Positions 54,852-64,000 of a stretch of 64,000 bases of DNA are shown piece after piece; positions within the stretch are counted from its first letter, which is position 1; each line of letters begins with the position of its first letter. The notes below the pieces were generated by a model. The model did not search any database. It had not been told where the DNA came from and saw only the letters and a list, made by a program, of their open reading frames with translations. The position numbers and the translations under genes are program-made. This DNA comes from the human T2T-CHM13v2.0 reference genome, Homo sapiens. The DNA lies in the NCBI RefSeq assembly GCF_009914755.1, contig NC_060926.1, one strand, 5' to 3'.

Positions 54852-55068
54852 GAAAGTATGAGTTTTAGAGAACAAACTTTGGATTAAAAGCATTGTATAA
54901 AATACACACACACAAACACACACATACACACATGTACTATATACATATATAAAGTATATATACATTTATATTATATATACTTTATATATACATTTAAATT
55001 TGAATATATTTAACATATTTATAGTTTTAAAACTATGAAAAACAATATTATCTGTGGCCATGTATAAG

Positions 55069-55587
55069 TGGTGGTGTTCAGGCCACATCACTCCAAAATA
55101 TGACTGTAGGAGACCAGAACATGCCACTTCAAAATATTCTAGCTAGCTATTGTGAGCAATTACAGACACAGGAGTAGCTTGGAAAAGCCGCCCTGTTATG
55201 AAAGAAATTTATATCTAGAAGAAAAATTTGTGTTAGTATAGTTATTAGTACCAGAAAGAAAGTTGTTCTGAAACAACATTTATCACCTGAGAGAATTTTA
55301 TCGACATGAAAAGACAGCCTTAATTCACCATACATTTCCTTTACTCACCCTTGCATAATTTAATCACCACTGCCAGAAGCCCAACCCCTATGCTTATATA
55401 ATGCTCAGGACATTATATAAGCATCAATCATCTGGCCCATATTTGACTCTCATGTTTTTCATGGGACTCCTGTGTGCACAGGTGATTAAAATGTTTCTTT
55501 TTGAGAATCTGTCTTACGTCAATATAATTTGTAGCCTAGCCAAAGAAACTCTAAGGGTAGAAGGAAGCTATTCTTTCCTCATCTACA
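55069..55587 (+). mobile_element. MER34-class ERV1 solo LTR
   Basis: 'ccaaaatatgactgtaggagaccagaacatgccacttcaaaata', an 'attaaa' signal and the end 'ttcctcatctaca'. Confidence 0.75.
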
Positions 55588-55754
55588 TAATCTTTATTAA
55601 ATTTTATTATCTATACCATCAATTTAATTAATTAGAAAAAAATGTGTTGTGTTGCTTAGCCTTTAGCATTATTTCAATTTTCCATTATATCAAATTGTAT
55701 TTTTTATTTTGATGCACATTTTAAAATTCAGTTTGGTGATATATTATATTTTAT

Positions 55755-56048
55755 ATTTTTTTGAGACAAGGTCTTGCTCTGTTGTCCAGACTGAAGTGCA
55801 CTGGTGTGATCATGGCTCACTGCAACCTTGACCTCCCTGGCTTAATTGATCCCCTCACCTCCATCTCCTAAGTAGTGTAGCTGGGAATATAGGCGCATGC
55901 CACCACACCTGGTTATGCTTTTTTTTAAATAATTTTCTGTAGAGATGGGGTCTCACTATATTGTCCAGGCTGGTGTCAAACTCCTAGCCTCAAGTGATCC
56001 TCCTATCTTGGCCTTCCAAGATTACGGCATGAACCACTACACTTGGCT
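55755..56048 (-). mobile_element. AluJ
   Basis: 'gatcatggctcactgcaaccttgacc' and 'tctcactatattgtccaggctgg...cctcaagtgatcctcc'. Confidence 0.92.
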
Positions 56049-56177
56049 TTGTTTTAATTTTAATGGAAGTAATTATTCATATTTATATTCTTTGTTTTTA
56101 TTTTTTTTCAATTGATGAACAAAGGAAAGATCAACATTTTTGATGCATTTAATCATCTTGATCAAAATCAGTCCTCT

Positions 56178-56484
56178 GGCCAGGCGCGGTGGCCCACACC
56201 CATAATCCTAGCACTTTGGGAGGCCAAGGAGGGTAGATCTCCTGAGGTCAGGAGTTTGAGACCAACCTGGCCAAAATGGTGAAACCCTGCCTCTACTAAA
56301 AATACAAAAATTAGCCAGGCGTGGTAGCAGGTGCCTATAGTCCCAGCTACTGGAGGCTGAGGTAGGAGAAGTGCTTGAACCCGGGAAGTAGAGGTTGCAG
56401 TGAGCTGCCATGATTGTGCCACTGCACTCCAGCCTGGGTGACATAAGTGAGATTCCCTCTAAAAAAAAAAAAAAGGAAAAAAAA
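56178..56484 (+). mobile_element. AluSx/Sz
   Basis: 'cctgaggtcaggagtttgagacc'. Both arms and poly(A) present. TSD core cagtcctc on both flanks. Confidence 0.94.
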
Positions 56485-58959
56485 CAGTCCTCCATTTTCT
56501 TGGAAGAACACGTAGCTCTGTTTTTAAAGAACATAAAACCCTGGATCTCAATTGAGTTTTAATTAAAATAAGATATTTTATTTAAAGATACCTGATGTGC
56601 ATGCATCCAGAAAAGAAAATATAGTGGATGTTATGATAAATACAACTATAGATTAGTGATAATAGCTTTATAGGTTGAAATGGAATAGTCTGATGAAAAC
56701 AAAGATGTATGGCAACAATTTCACTTTGTAACAGCAATGTTTTAGTTCTACTGTTAATAAGAATGTCTTACTTCAGGGTAGCATAAAATAAGGAAACATA
56801 AAATAAAATAAAAACCAAATAATTCATATTAAATTTTGTAAAAGATAAAACAAATTTTAGTGAAGATCTTCACTGTGTGAAAAGAAGCTTATAGGGATGA
56901 AATTGAGAAAGTGGCCTTATTTCTAAAAAAACTTGAAGTAAGTAGGATTTTCTTGGTAATGGAAGTGGAGCAATCACGCAATAACTCATAAAATAAGTGA
57001 AACTTTTTAAAAATCTTTTGCATTGAGGTGAGTACATCATTCTCCACCACAGTTTGCCTCAAGGCATTTTTCAATTCCAAGGTGGCCCAGGAAATACGGC
57101 ATAAGCAGCACACAAAATATCAGAGTTCCTAAGGAATTCGCAAATCTAGGGGGAAAGAATCCACAAAAATAGTCAAAATTTGAGGATTCTAGATCCAAAG
57201 GAAAACAAAATAGTGAGTTTGACATTCTGTACTATTTTTATCCTCAAAGAATTAGCAATTTGTAAGCTGTATGAGGTGAGTCTAAAATCCAGGCAGGAAT
57301 GGACACCTAAAAGGTACAAAGTTAAATAGAGCTTTTGAGAGTCTCATAATACAGGTGAATACTATGGAGTTTGGGGACTGGGCTACCAAAGAGAAAGGGC
57401 TCAGGTAGACACACAGATTCTCAACTGCGACCCCAGAAAGGGGTCACTTGAAATATCTTAGTCCTGGGTAGATAAAGGTGATCTGCCCCAATTTAAACTG
57501 CTTGTCAGAAGTCAATCATCTTTGGAGGAATGTAATATTATCTGGAGTTTCTAATTTTTGTTTTTATAAACAATGTCCATCATTAAGTCAAGCATTAACA
57601 AATAACAGCTCCAAATCAACAATGTAAAGGAAAATAAAGAGATAATGTTGCTGATATAGAAATCAAAAGGATGGAAAATATAGCAAACTCTGTGAGAGAT
57701 ACTTAGGACTTCAGGAAATTTCTAATATAAGCATGAACATTTAAGCAATAACTTTGACACGCTGCTGAAGGCAAGAGTATGGACCACTGTGAGAGTAATA
57801 AAATCTTGGGATGGCAGTATTGGAAGGGGCTTCCATAATTGTGTGGATCTTACCTCCTGGAGACTCAGCAAGTTCTCACAATAAATAGTCAAGAAAAACA
57901 CTTTTATTTTTAACAGAGGAAAAAAGTAACCATTTTCCAATATACCCACAGCATTCTCCATAGCAAAGGCCTACTGAACAAGGGAAAAGACTTTATCAAA
58001 GACTTATCCAACATGGGAGAAGGGATATTATCTGATTTGAGTTACCTCAAGCCTTTCTTTGTAACCTACGAGGGGACGAAAATTGAGAAACACCTGTGAA
58101 GGTAACAGCTCAATGACACAGGCTCACTAAAATTATAGAATTATAGAATACTTCCCTGTCACCTATGCCTTAATACCACATCAACAGTGCTTCAGGATAA
58201 TAACAGTGGATTGCAGCTAAAAAAGCTACAAGGCACAGATTCCACTTAAGAAGAAGTTTGTAGGGAAGCTCTAAGACAACAAGGGAGACAAAACAAGGAC
58301 AGTAGAGATATTTGGAAACTCAGACAAGTACAGTACAGCAAACATTAAACACAGCTTGTCTCCTAGCCAGATTAAACCTCACACTAAAACCTATTTACCT
58401 CAGTTCCTATTATGTGGTACAACATGCCAGCTTTCAACAAAATTTACAAGACATGTTAAAGGCAAAACAAACAAAGTCTTAAGGGTCAAAGCAAACCTCA
58501 TAACTATCCTAGATACGACACAGTGTTGGAATTATCAGACAGAAATTTCAAGTATGATTAGTATATTAGTGGCTCTATTAGAAAAAGTAGATAACACACA
58601 AGAACACATGGAAAATATAAGCAGAAAGGTGGAAACTCTAAGAAAGAAGCAAAAGAAAATGTTAAAAATCCAAAACACTGTGACCTAAATAAAGAATGCC
58701 TTTTATAGGCTTATTAGTAAGCTGGACAAAGCTACGGAAAGAATTAGTGAGCTTCAATATTTCAAAAGAAAATTCCTAGAATGAAATGAGGCAGAAACAA
58801 AACAATAAAAAAGAAGTTATTCAAAGACTGTGGAACAATTTCAAAAAGTGTAACACACATACAATTGGAGTAACAGAAGATAATAAAGCAGAATTATTTG
58901 AAATAATGATGACCAAGAATATTCCAAAATTAATAACACAGATTAAAACACATATCCAG

Positions 58960-59296
<337 letters not shown>

Positions 59297-60624
59297 TCAG
59301 GACAAATACCAAAATCTCATGCCAAATACATATCATACACTTAAACAAAAATGCCAATTTCTTACAATATCTTCCAGAAAATAGAGGCAGAGTGAACACC
59401 TCCTAACGTTCTATGAGGTCAGCATTAACCAATCACAAAAAACAGGCAAATACATTACAAGAAAGGAAAACTATAGAGCAATATCTCTCACCAACATAGA
59501 AACCAAAATTCTAAACAAAATGTTAGCAAATGGAATAACAAAATATTATATGCAATCTCTAATTAAATTTATTCCAGGTTTCCAAAGCTGTTGAAAAAAG
59601 TCAATTAATACAACCCACCACATCAACAAGCAAAGAAGAAAAAAAAAAAACATACGCAGAAAACACATTTGACAAAACCCATTTCTTATTCATGATAAAA
59701 ACCTCTTTGCCAACTAGGTATATAATTTGCTATGTAAAAAAACCCTACAGCTAATATTAGGCTCAATAGTGAGAAACTAAATACTTTCCTTCAAAGACCA
59801 AGAAAAATGAATGACTTCTTTACCACTCCTATTCAACATTGTACTAGCTCACGCAATAAGACAAGAAAAATACTAGCTCATGCAATAAGATGATAAATAA
59901 AATGAATACAAATCAGGAGGAAAAAATTTTAAACTGTTTTTGTTTGCAAATGACATAATTATGTATGTAGGAAATCCCAGATAATAATAATAACACTTTG
60001 GCACTAATAACCTACTATTGGTCCCTTTATACAAGGCTAATATACCAAGGTAAATTACTTTCCTATACACTAGCACTGAACAGTTAGAAATACACATTTT
60101 AAAAAACATGATACCACTTATCATCAAAACACAAAATAGTTATAAATACAACAAAATATATACAGTATCTGTATGCTAACAATGATAACATTGTGACAAA
60201 TAAGTCAAAGTGGTTCTACATAAATGGAGAGATATTCAGTATACATAGATAGAAAGACTCAACACTGTTATAATGCCTTCCAAAGGAGATCTATAGGTTC
60301 AAGGCAATCCAAAGCAAAATTCCAAAATTTTTATTGAAAAGGAAGAGACCAACACATAGCTAACACAGTGTCAAGGAAGAGGAACAAAGTTGGTGGACAG
60401 ACACTACCTGACTTTAAGATTTACTATAAAGCCATAGTAATCAAGACTTCATCATGAAAGAATAGACCAAATAAACAATATAGAAAGATCCAACATAGAC
60501 CTACAAACATATAGTCCAACTGACCTTTGAAGAAGGAGCAAGAACAATTTAATGAAGAAAAGATAGTCTTTTCAACAAATGGTATTGAGGAAACAGAACG
60601 TCCATATGCCAAAAATGATAAAGC

Positions 60625-60658
60625 AAGAAAAAGAAGGAAAGAAAGATGAAACAAAGGA

Positions 60659-60706
<48 letters not shown>

Positions 60707-60707
60707 A

Positions 60708-60767
<60 letters not shown>

Positions 60768-60782
60768 GAAAGAAAGAAAGGA

Positions 60783-60814
<32 letters not shown>

Positions 60815-60830
60815 AAAGAAAGAAAGAAAA
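60625..60830 (+). repeat. Compound (GAAA)n STR inside L1 ORF2
   Basis: Directly visible. Confidence 0.97.
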
Positions 60831-60884
60831 TAAGTAAAACCAGACACAGATCTTTCCCCTTTTGCAAATTTTAACTCAAAATAC

Positions 60885-61370
60885 TGTAGGAGAGAAAAAG
60901 TAATACCTTTTCTCACCCAGTATAAATGTCATGGTTAAAATCCCTATAACAAAAGGCAGGTTAACAGGAAGAAAGCATTAAAAAATTATTTGACAGAAGT
61001 TCTGCCTTGCACAGGAGACTTCAGAAATGAAGACCCAAAGACCAAGGCAAATTTGTATATTTTTATGCTTAGATTTCAAGAAGAATGGACAATCATGTAG
61101 AAGTATGATTGGACAGGAAGGGTATGATCTAATGGGAGGAACTCAGCAACATCTGTTCGTTCAAATTCTTCTTGGTTTTCCTGTGTAGTATTCCTTTCCT
61201 ATGGGTGTAAGGAAGGACCATCTGTCAGATGAGGGTCTTAGGACCTACTTTCAGGAGAGGTATGTCAGAGAATTCCTTTATCACCAAATCTCATACAGAA
61301 AAGCAAGGGAAAGTCAGAGATTGACCTCTTAGGCACTACATTTTGCAGTAGCATGTTCTGAGCTCCAACA
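60885..61370 (-). mobile_element. MER39/MER34-class solo LTR
   Basis: TG...CA termini. 'ccctataacaaaaggcaggttaacaggaag', 'gaaatgaagacccaaagacc' and 'gttctgagctccaaca'. Near-TSD atac/atat. Confidence 0.82.
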
Positions 61371-62939
61371 ATATAAAATGCAAAACTACAAAACTTCTAA
61401 AAGAAAACATAAGATAAAATAGATATGATCTTGGATTTATGATGAATTTTGAGATACAGCATCAAAAGTAAAAGTCTATGAAAAAAATAATTTGGACTTT
61501 ATCAAAATTAAAATGTTTATTTAGTGAAAAGCACTGTGACTAGAATGGGCAAAAAAAGCCATGGAATGGGAGAAAATATTTGCACATCACATATCCTATA
61601 AAAGTCTTATATCCCAAAATATACAAATAATTCTTAAAATTCAGCAATAGGAAAACAAATAATCTGTTTAAAAATTGGGTCAAAGTTCTGACACCTCCAA
61701 ACAAAATAAATAGATGGCAAATAAGCATATAAAAGACACTCAACATCTTTTATCATAATGGAGTTGCAAATTAAAATAACAATCATGTACCACTACACAT
61801 CTATTAAAATGGCTGAAATCCGAACATTTCAAATGTCAATTGCTGGCAAGGATGTGGTGCAACAGGGACTCATTCATTCTTGGTGGGAACTGTACAACTA
61901 CTTTGGAAGACAGTTTGGCAGTTTCCTACGAAGTTAAACCTAGTCTTACTGTACAGCTAAGACATTGCATTCCTAGATATTCACCCAATTGATTGATATT
62001 AAAATTTACAACTATACAAAACCTGCACACCAGTGTTTACAGCAGTTTTATTCATAATCTCCCCAAACTGGAAGCAGCCAAAATGCATTCAATGGGTAAA
62101 TTTTTAAACAAACTGTGATATATCCATAGAAGAACTATTATTCAGTGATAAAAATAAATGAAATCTCAATCCATGAAATGACAGGGGTGAATGTTAATTA
62201 CATAGTGCTAAATGAGCAAAGCCAGTATGTAAAAGCTACAAACTCTGTAATTTCAATTACACTACATTCTGGAAGAGGCAAAACTATATACACATTAAAA
62301 AGATCAGTGTTTGTCAAATATTCAAAGGGAGCAAGAGGGCCGAATAGTTGAAGCATAGGGAGTTTTCTAGGGTGGTGACATTATTCCGCATAGTACTTCA
62401 ATGGTGAACACGTAACACCAAGCATTTGTCAAAAACACAGAACTTTTCAGAGCAAAGGGTGAAAATGTATGAAAAATCAAAATAAAGAATAATTTAGGAG
62501 TTTGAGGCATCACATGACATAAAATCTTACTGTATTACAAATGTATACAGTTAGATTAATTAGCTTCACTGAAGAGAGTTGGGGGAAAAATTCACCCACC
62601 TAAGTCACTTGGGAAGTAAGTAGAGTTACAAGAGTAAAGGCAAAATTTACTGTATGAAAGTACTACGCTCTAGTTTAAAATTGTTTCCCATGGGGGCATG
62701 TGTTATATCTGATTCTGCTATCAATGGACACTGGCACTGAACAAACATGAACAAGAGTGGCAGATAGTGGAGCCAGGGTTTTCACTATTGGAATGGGAAG
62801 TTATGGATAAGCAAAAGGAGGAGACCAGGATGATCCAAGTGATAGTGTATTAGAGTTGAATGCATCTGTATGAACTCACAGGTAACCAAATATAGATACA
62901 GAGTTACATATGAAAATTTTTGTAGCTATGTCTACATAC

Positions 62940-63600
62940 TATTGGGACTCAGAAGCAATATCCCAAAAGGAAGGCCTCAGAAGCAAAACTTTTTCTCTGA
63001 CCTAAGAAGGTCTTCCCTCCTGTTTCTCATTCTAATTCTCCCCCGGGGGCTAGTCACCAAAACTAGAATCCTTCTTCCTCAAGGCAGGTCATAGAAACTA
63101 GAATCCCTTTTCCCCAAAGCGGGTCATAGAAATCAGAACCAGACAGCCACAAAACCTAAAAATATTACTGTAACTTTTTCTCTGCCTTTCTATGTAAATA
63201 CCAGCCATAAAAATGACCTGACCTAACTTGTTTGACTATATGTCATAAGAACCCCATTCAAGAGATGGTCTTGTCCCATACCCAGAAGGAAGGAATGCTG
63301 TCTAGAGAAGCCAAGAAGAATCTAGGCAGACAGACCTTTCTAAGTTTCCCTACTGACTCTATTAGCATTAGATCATACCCTTTTTGCTCAATCATATTTC
63401 TGTATGGCTGTTCATACTTTATTGAACCTAAACATAAAAATGGACAATTTTCCCTATGCCTTTGGGTCTTTATTCTGAAGGCTTCTGTGTGTACACATTA
63501 AATAAATCTGGATGCCTTTTCTCCAATTAATATGTCTTGTATGAGTTGATTTTTTCAGCATCCCTTTAGAGCTAAGGGGAAGTTTCCCTTGGCCCCAACA
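62940..63600 (+). mobile_element. MER39-like solo LTR
   Basis: 'ttgggactcagaagcaatatcccaaa', an internal repeated 'ggtcatagaaa', 'attaaataaa' and the end 'ttcccttggccccaaca'. Perfect 4-bp TSD atac at 62936-62939 and 63601-63604. Confidence 0.85.
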
Positions 63601-64000
63601 ATACATGTTAGTATGCAGGCGCCATATTTCCTTATTCCTTCAGCTGAGAAGTCTAGAGGAAATGGAACTCTAGTATTAGTAAGCATACCTGACACCCAGA
63701 TCTTTGCTTCTAATAATGTTGTCCAATAAAAAAAAACAAGGTGTCCTTGAAGAAATAAATAAATCTACTACTAGGGGAGGAAATTAACAAGGAGAGCCTG
63801 GAACTTCTTAAAGTGCCAGATAGTAGTGGAATACTGAGAAAAAATAATTCACAACAATGAAAGGGACACGAGCCATTTGAAAGATCACTCTAATAATCAA
63901 AGGTAAAATTAGCGGTGCAAATAATAAAGTAGTGTTAGATAATGACTCAAATTATGAAATAAATATTTATGTGTTCATACTGATATAAATGAATGATTGA

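Noticed and set aside
59842-59890. Tandem 'tactagctca(c/t)gcaataaga' duplication in L1
   Set aside because: An ordinary old, diverged micro-duplication.
60424-60916. ORFs up to 147 aa on both strands
   Set aside because: They are translations of the (GAAA)n microsatellite inside L1.

Overview
AT-rich, CpG-poor primate genomic DNA (human or ape, judged from AluY elements) that looks intergenic or deep-intronic. I found no credible protein-coding gene, structural RNA gene, CpG island or CRISPR array. Most of the supplied ORFs trace to Alus, decayed L1/CR1, LTRs or microsatellites, and none of the rest resembles a known protein. The window is dominated by nested transposon fossils. A near-full-length old L1M (1-7175) carries a nested L1PB/L1PA-class 3' end and an Alu. 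There are MLT1/LTR8, THE1, MLT2 and LTR16 LTRs, and Tigger/MER5A/MER44 DNA transposons. Other elements are nine Alus plus a FLAM, a CR1/L3 RT remnant, five MER34/MER39-class LTRs within about 14 kb, and a long L1MC3 (about 57.7-64 kb). The most interesting observations are: (1) two ancient local copy-paste duplications, one flanked by a 12-bp target-site-like repeat; (2) an Alu with AluYb-lineage diagnostic bases but no 7-bp Yb insertion; (3) a perfect 33-bp tandem duplication in an old L1MA; (4) several perfect palindromes in unique or motif-rich DNA; (5) a four-copy D-box cluster; and (6) a candidate non-coding exon. I see no evidence for a new biological system. Subfamily names come from recalled consensus sequences and need RepeatMasker/Dfam confirmation, and the boundaries of old elements are approximate.
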